A stretch of 64,000 nucleotides of DNA, from positions 1 to 64,000 of the forward strand of contig CAVUXE010000059.1 of assembly GCA_963745235.1 (NCBI GenBank). The letters are read 5' to 3'. Shown piece by piece: positions 41,206-51,097 of this stretch; positions within the stretch are counted from its first letter, which is position 1; every line of letters begins with the position of its first letter. The notes under the pieces are model-generated. The model did no database searches, was not told the DNA's origin, and saw nothing but the letters and a program-made list of their open reading frames with translations. Made by a program: the position numbers and the translations under genes. The DNA comes from an uncultured Spirochaetota bacterium (GTDB lineage: Bacteria; Spirochaetota; Spirochaetia; SZUA-6; Fen-1364).

Positions 41206-42888
41206 ATGCAGAAGCAGCCCTTCATATGGGAAACGCATGGAATCCACGTGGGAACGGGGGGAGATCACGTCACGCACGGCATCGACGACCTGGACAGCAT
41301 CGTCGAACAGGCTGTCGCAATCGGCTTTCCGTCCCTGACTTTCATCATCCACACGCCGCGCCTCACGAGGTTCCGCTACGCCAGCGAGCGTGCCACCGAC
41401 GTCAAGTTCATCCGCGGAGATGCCTCCTATTTCGCCTATACCGACACGATTGCGGGGCTGCGCCGGCGCCACGGGGGGCGCATCGATATCCGCTGCGGCG
41501 TGGAGCTCGAGTGGCTGGGCACGGGGCTGGGCATCCAGTGGAGCCGGGCAAAGCTGTTCCAGGCCCACGGCGCTGACTTTGTGGTGAGCTCGGTGCACTT
41601 CGCGCCCAACGGCGTGCCCTACGATGGCTCGAAGGAGGACACTGCCAGGCTGATCGAGGAGCGGGGCGGAGTGGAACAGCTCTGGGCCGCGTACTTCGAC
41701 GAAATGATCGAGATGGTGGACGCGGGCTGGCGGTTCATCTCCGTGGTCGGTCATCTCGATCTGCCCAAGCTCTTCGCTCCGCTGCCTTCCTGCCTCACGG
41801 AGGACAACGGCGCTGACACGGAAACCGAGAGGCGGCTCTCCACTCTGCTGGAGATGATCGCGGAGCATAACCTCGCGCTGGACGTGAACCTCGCGGGTCT
41901 GCGCAAGGGAGTGGGCATCTACCCGCATCCAAAGATACTGTCGAAGGCGCACACGCTGGGCATCTCGGTTGCAATCGGGACCGACACGCATGATCCCGCG
42001 GATCTCGGCAAGGACTACGCTGCCGGCCTGGAAGCCGTAAAGGCGGCGGGTTACCGCTACTACGTTTCCTTCTCCCGTGGCATCCCCGAAAAGCGGCCGC
42101 TTTCCCACGGCCTGGAGGGGCAGTTCAGGATCCTCAACCTCGGGACGGAGATCCTCAACCACAGGCTCGCGCGCGAGCGAAGGCTGGAGATTCCGCGGTT
42201 TTCCTTCGGGGGGGATTTTCGAGCTCTCGCGAGGGTGTTTCCGGAGTCATCGTCCCTGGGTTCGTTTCACGCTGTTCGCGTTCGAAAGGAAGAGCGGTCG
42301 GTTACCATCAGTGATCGGCTCCCCGCGTATCCGGGGGGAGAGACTCGGTACCTGTTCTCCCATCACCGTGACCTGCCCGGGACGCTTGCGATACTGTTGA
42401 ACACGCTGGCCTCGGAAGAGATCAACCTGGAGACGGCCTGGTTGAACTCTCTGGATGACGGGACCGCGACGGCGTACCTCACCCTTGATGGAACGCAGGA
42501 GGCGATTCGAGAAGCGGTGGAGTTCGTCCTGGGCACCGCGGGTGACCGGTTTCTTCGCATCGACACCGAGGTGCATGTCCGGCTTCCCCCCGTCAAGAAG
42601 GCCGCGGCGTATCTCCTGGAAGTCGACGGGGTGTGGCTGCCCATGCCCATCTCCCGTCACATGCTCATCACGGTCCACGGAAACCGCCCGGGCGTCCTTC
42701 TTGTCCTGCTCTCCGCCCTTGCTTCCCGCAACATCAACGTGGTAGATCTGCAGCTCGGCGCCCGGGGAGAAAAGGGATATGCGGCGCTGGGCGTCGGCGG
42801 TGACGAGCGGGATGTCGCCGAGCTTTTGACGCAGCTGGGACCTTCGTATCTCGAAGCGTCCCAAATCGTTCTGGGAGGGTTCCAATGA
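41206..42888 (+). CDS. PHP-domain (HisJ/histidinol-phosphatase-like) protein fused to two ACT domains
   Basis: CGVELE, DFVVSSVH, VGHLDLPK, GTDTHDP; C-terminal HRDLPGTL and HGNRPGVL ACT starts. Confidence 0.75.
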   Translation: MQKQPFIWETHGIHVGTGGDHVTHGIDDLDSIVEQAVAIGFPSLTFIIHTPRLTRFRYASERATDVKFIRGDASYFAYTDTIAGLRRRHGGRIDIRCGVELEWLGTGLGIQWSRAKLFQAHGADFVVSSVHFAPNGVPYDGSKEDTARLIEERGGVEQLWAAYFDEMIEMVDAGWRFISVVGHLDLPKLFAPLPSCLTEDNGADTETERRLSTLLEMIAEHNLALDVNLAGLRKGVGIYPHPKILSKAHTLGISVAIGTDTHDPADLGKDYAAGLEAVKAAGYRYYVSFSRGIPEKRPLSHGLEGQFRILNLGTEILNHRLARERRLEIPRFSFGGDFRALARVFPESSSLGSFHAVRVRKEERSVTISDRLPAYPGGETRYLFSHHRDLPGTLAILLNTLASEEINLETAWLNSLDDGTATAYLTLDGTQEAIREAVEFVLGTAGDRFLRIDTEVHVRLPPVKKAAAYLLEVDGVWLPMPISRHMLITVHGNRPGVLLVLLSALASRNINVVDLQLGARGEKGYAALGVGGDERDVAELLTQLGPSYLEASQIVLGGFQ

Positions 42889-43886
42889 CCATCAAAACAT
42901 TTCGCGGCGCGGCCCTGCGCCTGTTGCCGTTCCTTGTCGCCGTCCTGCCCGCCTTCCCGCAGGACCAGGGGCTGCCTGACGGCCTGTACGCCGAGATAAG
43001 AACCGCCCGGGGGACCATCGTGTGTTCCCTGGAGTACCAGAAGGCGCCCATGACGGTTTCCAGCTTCGTGGGACTTGCCGAGGGGACGCTCATGGCCAAC
43101 GGGGCTCGAGGGAAGAAGTTCTTCGACGGGCTTACCTTTCACCGCGTCGAGCCCGGGTTCGTGATCCAGGGCGGGGACCCCAAGGGCGACGGGACCGGAG
43201 GCCCGGGATACGAGTTCCCCAACGAAACCCGCCCCGACCTGAAGCATGACCGCGCCGGCACGCTCTCCATGGCCAACGCAGGACCGGATACAAACGGGAG
43301 CCAGTTCTTCATCACCCTCCGCGCCACGCCGAACCTGGACGGGGGCTACAACGTCTTCGGATACGTGGTGAAGGGGATGGACGTCGTGAACGCAACGCAG
43401 AAGGGTGACCAGATGACCAGCGTGCGGATCCTCCGTGTCGGTCCTGCCGCCACGGCGTTCACCGTGACACAGGACAGCTTCAACGCGCTGGTGGCAAAGG
43501 CCAAGGCATCTGAACGCGGAGCGGCTCTGGCGTTCATCATGAAGAAATGGCCGAACCTCACGACCACGAGGTCAGGCCTCATGTACGAAGTGCTGGAGAA
43601 GGGATCCGGACAGAGCCCTCCTCCGGGAGCCACGGTCAGCGTGAATTACACGGGCATGTTCCTGGACGGAAAAGTGTTCGACAGCACGCAAGCGCGCGGG
43701 ACGCCGGCGGTCATGCGGGTGGACAGGGTCATCAAGGGATGGTCCGAGGCCCTCCTCGCAATGAATCGGGGGGAGAGGCGCATTCTCGTGATCCCCCCCG
43801 AGCTTGCCTACGGAGAGCGAGGGTACCCCGGGGTCATCCCCGCCAACGCCTTCCTCGTGTTCGACGTGCAGCTGATCGACTTCTGA
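42885..43886 (+). CDS. Exported cyclophilin-FKBP dual peptidyl-prolyl isomerase
   Basis: FHRV..FVIQGGDP, SMANAGPDTNGSQFFIT; then YTG..LDG.VFDS, VIKGW, PPELAYG. Confidence 0.93.
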   Translation: MTIKTFRGAALRLLPFLVAVLPAFPQDQGLPDGLYAEIRTARGTIVCSLEYQKAPMTVSSFVGLAEGTLMANGARGKKFFDGLTFHRVEPGFVIQGGDPKGDGTGGPGYEFPNETRPDLKHDRAGTLSMANAGPDTNGSQFFITLRATPNLDGGYNVFGYVVKGMDVVNATQKGDQMTSVRILRVGPAATAFTVTQDSFNALVAKAKASERGAALAFIMKKWPNLTTTRSGLMYEVLEKGSGQSPPPGATVSVNYTGMFLDGKVFDSTQARGTPAVMRVDRVIKGWSEALLAMNRGERRILVIPPELAYGERGYPGVIPANAFLVFDVQLIDF

Positions 43887-43890
43887 CCTG

Positions 43891-43922
43891 TTGACACGAC
43901 ACGCCCGTCCCGCGTATATAAT
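43891..43922 (+). promoter_or_regulatory. Promoter of the trpB2 leader
   Basis: TTGACA at 43891 and TATATAAT at 43915-43922; the spacer to TATAAT is long (20 nt). Confidence 0.6.
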
Positions 43923-43929
43923 GGCCGTG

Positions 43930-44007
43930 ATGAGAAATGTCCGTGCGCTGGCAGTCAACCTGAACTGGTGGTGGTGGATCACGGGGAGGAAACCGCGGTC
44001 CGCCTGA
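43930..44007 (+). CDS. trpL: Trp leader peptide MRNVRALAVNLNWWWWITGRKPRSA
   Basis: Four consecutive TGG codons, upstream of antiterminator/terminator hairpins and trpB2; an alternative in-frame ATG lies at 43921. Confidence 0.9.
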   Translation: MRNVRALAVNLNWWWWITGRKPRSA

Positions 44008-44027
44008 AAAGGCGTTTCAGCACAGGA

Positions 44028-44081
44028 GACCGCAAGCGGTTACCCTCCCCTGAGCAAGAGGGTGACCGCCTGCGGTTTTTT
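44028..44081 (+). terminator. First (attenuator) terminator of the trpB2 leader
   Basis: ACCGCAAGCGGTTACCCTC / GAGGGTGACCGCCTGCGGT stem with a T6 tail. Its 5' arm is complementary to GGGGAGGAAACCGC in the leader ORF. Confidence 0.85.
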
Positions 44082-44086
44082 CATTG

Positions 44087-44118
44087 AAAGACCCGGGCCA
44101 TGGCCCGGGTCTTTTTTT
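44087..44118 (+). terminator. Second terminator of the trpB2 leader
   Basis: Perfect 28-nt palindrome AAAGACCCGGGCCATGGCCCGGGTCTTT running into 7 T. Confidence 0.85.
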
Positions 44119-44176
44119 GAAGCAGGACTGGTGGCGGCCGTGAGCCGCGGCAAAGTCTTTTTCAAAGGAGTCTCTC

Positions 44177-45542
44177 ATGACGGACGACAGGATCTTCCAG
44201 CTCCCCACCCGGGAGATACCCAAGAAGTGGCTGAACATTCAGCCGTCCCTTCCCGAGCCCCTCCCCCCCATGCTCAACCCCGCGGACGGCAAGCCTGTCC
44301 CGCTGGAGGCCTTTACCCCGCTGTTTCCCATGGGACTGCTGGAGCAGGAAGTGTCCCAGCAGCGGGAGATAGCCATTCCGGATGAGGTCCTCAAGGTGTA
44401 CTCGCTGTTCCGCCCCACGCCGCTCATCCGCGCAAAGTTCCTGGAGGAGGCGCTGGGCACCCCCGCAATGATCTTTTTCAAGAACGAGAGCGTGACTCCC
44501 ACCGGCAGCCACAAGCCCAACACGGCCATCCCCCAGACCTACTACAACCAGAAGGAAGGCGTGAAGAAGCTGGTGACTGAAACAGGCGCCGGGCAGTGGG
44601 GCAGCGCGCTCGCTTTTGCCGGTGCTCATTTCAATGTCGAGATCAACGTATTCATGGTCCGCGCGTCCTTCGAGCAGAAGCCGTATCGCAAGATCATGAT
44701 GGAAAGCTACGGGGCGAAGGTGCATCCCAGCCCTTCGAAGGAGACCCAGATCGGCAGGAAGCTCCAGGAGGACAAGAAGAACATGCCCGGCTCCCTGGGC
44801 ATCGCGATCAGCGAGGCCGTGGAGGTCGCGGCCACTTCAAAGGGAACGGTGAAGTACTCCCTCGGCTCCGTGCTGAACCACGTCCTCATGCACCAGACCG
44901 TCATTGGTCTGGAAGCGCGCGCCGTGCTGGAGGACCTGGGGCTCATGCCGGACATCATCATCGGCTGCCATGGGGGAGGGAGCAACTTCGGCGGCATTTC
45001 CCTTCCCTTCATGGAGGACAAGATCACCGGGAAAGAGGAACATCGAGTTCGTTGCCTCTGAGCCGCTGGCGTGCCCGTCGCTCAGCAGAGGGATCTACGC
45101 GTATGACTTCGGAGACGCGGGAAAACTGATACCGCTGGCCAAGATGTACACCCTGGGTCACGGGTTCATTCCGCCCGCGGTCCATGCCGGCGGCCTGCGC
45201 TATCACGGCGCCGCCCCCATTGTGTCGCTCCTGGTGAACAAGGGGCTTATCCGCGCCGAGGCGCTGCGGCAGAAGGAGACGTTCGAAGCCGCGGTGCTCT
45301 TTGCCCGCACCGAGGGCATCATCCCGGCGCCGGAATCCGCGCACGCCATTGCCTCGGCAATCAGGGCGGCAAAGAAGTGCAAGGAAACGGGGGAGAAGAA
45401 GGTGATCCTCTTCAACCTCTCGGGGCACGGTCATTTCGACATGTCCGCGTACGAGCAGTACTTCGCGGGCAAGCTGGAGGACTACGAGTATCCCGAGGAG
45501 GCGGTCAGGAAGGCGGAGCAGGATCTGCCGAAGGTAGTGTAG
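44177..45542 (+). CDS. trpB2: TrpB2, stand-alone tryptophan synthase beta-like PLP enzyme (frameshift near 45035)
   Basis: [57 protein letters not shown]. Confidence 0.93.
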
Positions 45543-45582
45543 CCAGGGAGGAGGACTGCCGCGCCCCCCGGCGCGGCGTCCT

Positions 45583-46389
45583 TTATCGTCCCAGGTATTT
45601 GTCTCGCGCCATCTCGAACCAGCGGTACACCTTCTCGAAAACATCCAGGTAGTCCTGGTATTGGAGCTTGACGCGGATATAGTCGGTGAGCTCCGGGGAG
45701 CCCATCTTTCTTCCCTCCATGAGCAGCGGGTTGTCCCGGTGCACCAGGGCGCTGAACTGCCTGTACTCTTCGATCAGCTCCTTGTCCACGCTGTTTTCCG
45801 CCAGTGTCTGCAGGAACAGGGACTCCAGGTCGATCAACCAGCCGTACACCATGGCGAGGCCGTGAATGACGCGGTACTCCTTGTCCGTGAAGATGATGAA
45901 AGGCAGCTCGTTGTCGACAATCCGCAGCTCGCGAAAGTCGAACAGCCCGTCAGGGAAGACCTCGGCATCCAGGCCGGGAGACCGGTCAGCGGCAATCCCC
46001 TCCGGCGGATCGAGCTGCTCGACGATCCCGGCCGCACTTTCCTTGATCACCCGGTAGAGCTCCTTCTGTTCGTCGCTGCTCGTCGGCGGATCCGGGAAGC
46101 TCTCGAACAACGCTGTCCCCGAGTGCCGGGAGAACTCCTTGAGGATCCCGGCGACTGTCATGTATACCTTCGCCGCATGGGCTTCGAAAGGCTTGCCGGC
46201 GCAGTGCTCGTTCACGAGCGGGAGCGCGATCTTGTAGAGGTTCTTGACCAGAGCCGCCTTTTCACCCTGGTCCTCCGGCTCCCGAAACCCGTTCCAGATC
46301 TCCAGCGGCTTGACGCCGTCAATCGTCTGCAGATCGAAAAACAACTCCCGAACGAATTGCCCGGCCCGTTCTCCCTTTTCTTCATGCAT
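45583..46389 (-). CDS. Hypothetical protein
   Basis: 268-aa ORF with protein-like composition, overlapping the pgl stop codon. Confidence 0.7.
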   Translation of the reverse strand: MHEEKGERAGQFVRELFFDLQTIDGVKPLEIWNGFREPEDQGEKAALVKNLYKIALPLVNEHCAGKPFEAHAAKVYMTVAGILKEFSRHSGTALFESFPDPPTSSDEQKELYRVIKESAAGIVEQLDPPEGIAADRSPGLDAEVFPDGLFDFRELRIVDNELPFIIFTDKEYRVIHGLAMVYGWLIDLESLFLQTLAENSVDKELIEEYRQFSALVHRDNPLLMEGRKMGSPELTDYIRVKLQYQDYLDVFEKVYRWFEMARDKYLGR

Positions 46390-47152
46390 GTCTCACATCC
46401 CTTCCATAGTCCGCGGCCTCGGGCCCCAGGGCGCTGCGCGTGGCCATGTACACGGTGGTCCTGCCCCGTATCCATGCCGCGGGGGTGGCCGGATCTCCCG
46501 CCCGCGCCCTGCGCAGGGCAGGGGCTTTCTCCTCACCCGCCACCAGGAACACGACGGCCCGGGAGCGGTTCAGCGCGCCGGGACACAGGGTCAGCCTCCA
46601 GCCGCGAGCGGATTGCGAGGAAACCGCGGCGGCAAGCCCGGGAACGTCCGGACCAACCGGCCTGCTGCTTCCCGCGGAAAGGTGGACATCCCCGTCAGGG
46701 AAAAGCGAGGCAGTGTGCCCATCTGCCCCAACGCCGAGGAAAACCAGGTCGAACTCACCGTCTTTCATTGCCGCCCGCGCTTTCTCCGCGTAGCGCATGG
46801 CGCAATCAACAGGCTCTCCGCTCCCGGCCTCCCAGGAGATCACCGTGGAGACCGGCGCTTTGATGGGATGCAGGAGGCTCTCCCTGGCCATTCCTTCATT
46901 CGACTGGGGATCGTCGACGGACACCCACCTCTCATCCCCGAAAAGCCACAGGAGCCTTTTCGAGGGGACCCCTTTCGCGGTCAAGGCGCCCGCAAGAAGG
47001 CGATAGGTATTCCGCGGGGTCGTTCCGCCGGCCAGCACGACCAGGGCCCGCCCCCGCGCCCGAAGCGCATTCTCGATCTTTTCCATCGCAAATGCGCACG
47101 CCCCCTCCGCAAGAGCTTCCGCATCAGGGAACGCCTGGGTGTCGACTGTCAC
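46382..47152 (-). CDS. pgl: 6-phosphogluconolactonase
   Basis: LAGGTTP, GDERWV...SN, LGVGADGHTASLFP, RLTL. Confidence 0.93.
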   Translation of the reverse strand: MTVDTQAFPDAEALAEGACAFAMEKIENALRARGRALVVLAGGTTPRNTYRLLAGALTAKGVPSKRLLWLFGDERWVSVDDPQSNEGMARESLLHPIKAPVSTVISWEAGSGEPVDCAMRYAEKARAAMKDGEFDLVFLGVGADGHTASLFPDGDVHLSAGSSRPVGPDVPGLAAAVSSQSARGWRLTLCPGALNRSRAVVFLVAGEEKAPALRRARAGDPATPAAWIRGRTTVYMATRSALGPEAADYGRDVRHA

Positions 47153-47155
47153 GCT

Positions 47156-48185
47156 TCAGCCGTCAATCCGGCCCGCGCGCTCCAGCACTTCCTGGTAGAT
47201 CGGGTCGCGGGTAAGGGAGTCCACTTCGTCGAGGAGGATCTCACCGTCGGAGGGGAACTTGTACGCGCCGCGCTCGGCCCCATCGGAGACGCAGCCGCCT
47301 CTGGTGCAGCCGATCTCGATTCCCTGCCCTTCATCGAAACCGAAGCGCAGCCGGAACCCTTCCGACAGCGGAAACCCCGGCGTGGCATGGACAAGGCGGA
47401 CGTCTTTGCCATGTCGATCCTTGTGCGAGCCGGAGGAAGCGGGGGCTGTCCAGCCGAGCCGGGAGGAAAGCCAGCAGAAGAAGAGCACACCATCCGCGTA
47501 GGAGCCGCCGTCAAGGGAGACTGACCTGATGGCGGCGAGCCGGGGGCGGGTCTCGGGCTGATCGAAGGCGCGGGCGGTGAGCTCGCGCAGGACCCTGCTC
47601 CTGCGCCACGCGAAGTCTGACGTGAAAAACGCCCCTCCCGCCTTTTCCTTCAGGGCAAGCAGGCTGCGCGCGGTAGCGAAGACCGCGCGCTCGTGATCCG
47701 GGGCGCTCCCCGAGTCCACGATCAACTTGTCGATGAGGCTGGAAGCATCCAGGATGGGGGCCTGCCAGGAGTCATCCGAGCCGTTCAGGCTGTCCGGCCA
47801 CCAGGCGAAGACAGGCAGGTCACGGATGAGGAGCGGTGCCCAGGCGCCGGGGTCCTTGCCCAGGCCGTCGGCGCCGCTTTCGATCCGGACCTCCTCGAAG
47901 CACACTCCGCGATTTCTCCTGTCGGGAAAGCAGCGTCCGCTCACCGTGACTCCCGTCTCCGGGGCATCCACCTGGTCGATGGTGATGATGCGCGCGGGTC
48001 TTCGTCCCAGCATGTACTGCAAGGCGGATGCGAGGGGATCCCCTTTCTCCTGGCTGCCCGGCTTTCGGAAGATCACCAGGGTGAAAAGGTTCGTCTTGAC
48101 CCCCGAAGAATACGGATTTGATTCCCTCTCCCTGATGCGGGCAATCTCTCGTTCGAATGGAACGCGGGTCCAGGACCTTGCTCAC
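47156..48185 (-). CDS. opcA: Glucose-6-phosphate dehydrogenase assembly protein OpcA (frameshift near 48150)
   Basis: P.RII, CFEEV, LLI.DLPVFAWWP, LIVDS, DFAWRR; lies between zwf and pgl. Confidence 0.8.
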
Positions 48186-49717
48186 AGGCGCCTCCATCTT
48201 CTCTCCGGGCTCCCCAGGAGGCGGTTGGCCGCCTCGGGACCCGAGCTGCCTGACCTGTAGAACGAGGGTTCCGGCTTTCCCGTGTCTTGCCAGCCATTGA
48301 TGATCTCCGTGATGAATGCCCAGGCAGAATCCACCTCGTCTTTTCTCATGTACAACGTCGAGTCCCCCACCATGGCGTCAAGGAGAAGTCTCTCGTATGC
48401 ATCGGGAAGCTCTTCCCCGAACGCGGAGCCATAGGAGAAATCCATGTTGACTGTGCGCATGTCGGTCGACGGTCCCGGGATCTTGGAATTGAACCCCATC
48501 ATGATGCCTTCCTGGGGCTGGATTCGAAAGGTCAGGACGTTCGGAGGCGTTCCTGCCCGGTGGCGGTCAGCAAAAAGCAGGAGCGGGGGTCTCTTGAAAT
48601 GGATGGAGATCTCGGTGGTCCGCCGGGAGAGGCGCTTACCCGTTCGCAGAAGGAAAGGCACCCCGGCCCAGCGCCAGGAATCAAGCCGGACGCGCAGCGC
48701 CGCAAAGGTTTCCGTGACGGAGGTCGGGCTCACATCGTTTTCCCCGCGGTAGCTGGGCACGTCGATTCCGTCGACGATGCCGTGCTCGTACTGGCCCCGC
48801 ACCGTCTCCGTTGCAACCGTGTCCGCCCCGATGGGAGCGATGGACTTCAGGACCTTGACCTTCTCATCGTGGATGCTGTCCGCGTGAAGGTCTACGGGCG
48901 GTTCCATGGCAACGAGACACAGGAGCTGCAGCATGTGATTCTGCATCATGTCGCGCAGCGCCCCGGCCTGCTCGTAGTAGCGGCCGCGGGAGCCGATCCC
49001 GATCGTCTCCGCCATGGTGATCTGTACGTGGTCGATAAAGCCGTTGTTCCACACAGGCTCGAAGATTCCGTTGCCGAACCTCATCAACATGATGTTCTGA
49101 ACGGTCTCCTTGCCCAGGTAGTGGTCAATGCGGTAGGTCTGCTCCTCCGAAAAGGCGGCTGCTATGTGATCATTCAAGGCCCGGGCGCTGGCCAGGTCTC
49201 TCCCGAGAGGTTTTTCTACTATAATACGGGCGAACCCCTGCGACTGGTCCGCAAGCCCCGCCTTATGCAGGCGCTCGATGATGACCTCGTAGGAGTCAGG
49301 GGGGGTTGCAAGGTAGAAAATTCTGTTTGCAGGGGACGGATATTGGTTTCGAATGGCCTCGTAACCCTCCGGCGACTCGAATGCCGAACGGATGAACCCG
49401 ACATTCTCGACAAACGCGTCTTTGAGCTCCGGTTCCGCCTCCGGAACGTCCTCCGAATCGAGCATTTCCCTCACGAGCTTCCGAAACGCGTCCAGAGTCC
49501 ACTCACGACGGGCGAAGCCGACGATGTGAACGCGCGGGATTCCCCCCTTTGTGTACAGGGAGAACAGCGCGGGGATGAGCTTCCTCCGCGTGAGGTCGCC
49601 GCTTGCGCCGAAAATGAAAAGGTTCAGCGGTTGCGGCTCCCGCGGCAGGCCCAGGCCTCCCAGGAGCGGGTTGTCAATATTCAGAACCGCCTCAGATACG
49701 GCAACATTATCAGGCAT
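48182..49717 (-). CDS. zwf: Glucose-6-phosphate 1-dehydrogenase
   Basis: FGASGDL, EKPLG, RIDHYLGKE, RDMMQNH, RTGKRL, AYERLL. Confidence 0.97.
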   Translation of the reverse strand: MPDNVAVSEAVLNIDNPLLGGLGLPREPQPLNLFIFGASGDLTRRKLIPALFSLYTKGGIPRVHIVGFARREWTLDAFRKLVREMLDSEDVPEAEPELKDAFVENVGFIRSAFESPEGYEAIRNQYPSPANRIFYLATPPDSYEVIIERLHKAGLADQSQGFARIIVEKPLGRDLASARALNDHIAAAFSEEQTYRIDHYLGKETVQNIMLMRFGNGIFEPVWNNGFIDHVQITMAETIGIGSRGRYYEQAGALRDMMQNHMLQLLCLVAMEPPVDLHADSIHDEKVKVLKSIAPIGADTVATETVRGQYEHGIVDGIDVPSYRGENDVSPTSVTETFAALRVRLDSWRWAGVPFLLRTGKRLSRRTTEISIHFKRPPLLLFADRHRAGTPPNVLTFRIQPQEGIMMGFNSKIPGPSTDMRTVNMDFSYGSAFGEELPDAYERLLLDAMVGDSTLYMRKDEVDSAWAFITEIINGWQDTGKPEPSFYRSGSSGPEAANRLLGSPERRWRRL

Positions 49718-49744
49718 CGCGAAAAATGGTACATAATCTCCCCC

Positions 49745-50461
49745 ATGGAGACAAGCCTGAAGGTCGCCAACCCATGGGCGCACGCCCCCGTCTTCGTACG
49801 GGAGCGCACGCAATCCACCATGGACGATGCGCGCAGGCTCGCCCTCGACGGGTGCGTGGAGGGGACCGTTGTCGTGGCCGGCTTCCAGCAGAAAGGGAGA
49901 GGCCGGGCGCCCGGCAGGACGTGGCATTCGCCGGCCTGGGAGAGTCTCACGGCCACCATCGTGCTGGACACCGGCGCGTTCAGCTTCCCTCTGGCGCAGC
50001 TTCCGCTGCGCGCGGCCGTTGCGGTCTGCCTGGCCGCGGAGGACGCCGGCGTTCGGCCGCGAATCAAGTGGCCGAACGACATCCTCTTTGAGGGGAAGAA
50101 GCTTGCCGGCATCCTGTGCGAGACATGCGGCAAAGCTGCGCTGGTGGGGATCGGGGTGAACTGCGCGCAGAGGACTTTCCCAGCGGCTCTGGCCGGTGTG
50201 GCCTGCTCCATCGTCCAGGTGACCGGACGGGAAATGAATCCCCTGGTTCTTCTGCCCGTCGTGCTCGCCAGGCTCAAGGGCGCCCTCGGGGACGAGCTGT
50301 GGCGGGAGAAGCTCCTTGCCCGCCTTGCCTACCGGGGAGAACGCGTTCGAATGACGCTCCCGCACGGCGGCGCGGTGGAAGGCATCCTGCAGGAAGTGGA
50401 CGAGCAGGGGAAGCTGATCGTGAAGAGCGACGCCGGGGACCTTCTCAGGATAGAGTCATGA
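49745..50461 (+). CDS. birA: Biotin-[acetyl-CoA carboxylase] ligase (no HTH domain)
   Basis: STMD, QQKGRGR..R.W.SP, IKWPND, KKLAGIL, GIGVN. Confidence 0.9.
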   Translation: METSLKVANPWAHAPVFVRERTQSTMDDARRLALDGCVEGTVVVAGFQQKGRGRAPGRTWHSPAWESLTATIVLDTGAFSFPLAQLPLRAAVAVCLAAEDAGVRPRIKWPNDILFEGKKLAGILCETCGKAALVGIGVNCAQRTFPAALAGVACSIVQVTGREMNPLVLLPVVLARLKGALGDELWREKLLARLAYRGERVRMTLPHGGAVEGILQEVDEQGKLIVKSDAGDLLRIES

Positions 50462-51095
50462 CGGGCCATCCGTTGCGGCGCGCCAGTTTCCGCAGCCGTA
50501 TGTCGGGATTCACCACGAAGGGGTGCCCCACGGCCTCCAGGAGCGGCGCGTCGAAAATGCTGTCCGTGTAGAAGGAACATTCCCGCGGATCTTCACCCAG
50601 GGTGGATATGTATTCCAGGACTCGCTTCTTCTTCTCCCGCCGGAACATGGGGATCCCATCCACGCGGCCCGTACAGGTCTCACCGGCGAACTCGAGCCTC
50701 GTCGCAATGACGGTTGTGATCCCGAGAAAATCCGCAAGGGGCTTCAGGATGAGATCAAGGGATGAGGAGGCAATGGCCAGCGTGCGACCTTTCCTTCTTC
50801 TCTCCTCGATCAGCGAAGCGGCATCCTTGTAGATGTCGCCCCGGAGCAGCCTCTCGAAGCTTTCTCTGGCAATCTCTTCCATCGTGGCGCGAGAGATGCC
50901 CCGGAGGTACGGGAAGCCTGCCTTGTAGTCCTTGAGTCGAAACATTCCCAGACGGTACGTGACCGAGTACAAGGGCATCACGAGCAGCACCCGCCGGGGC
51001 ACGATGCCCCGGCGCACGGCCAGGGAAACGAAGCGAGCGCCCGAGGACCTTCGCGTGATGGTATGGTCGACGTCGAAAAAATCTATGCCGGCCAT
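50445..51095 (-). CDS. HAD-IB family hydrolase (SerB-like)
   Basis: FFDVDHT, ASSS, YTDS..D.PLL, VNPD. Confidence 0.88.
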   Translation of the reverse strand: MAGIDFFDVDHTITRRSSGARFVSLAVRRGIVPRRVLLVMPLYSVTYRLGMFRLKDYKAGFPYLRGISRATMEEIARESFERLLRGDIYKDAASLIEERRRKGRTLAIASSSLDLILKPLADFLGITTVIATRLEFAGETCTGRVDGIPMFRREKKKRVLEYISTLGEDPRECSFYTDSIFDAPLLEAVGHPFVVNPDIRLRKLARRNGWPVMTLS

Positions 51096-51097
51096 GC

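Noticed and set aside
48182-50461. Two long overlapping antisense ORFs (727 and 724 aa)
   Set aside because: They are stop-free upstream extensions of the divergent zwf and birA genes in high-GC DNA. The same applies to 53-2419, 29-1432 and most other shadow ORFs.
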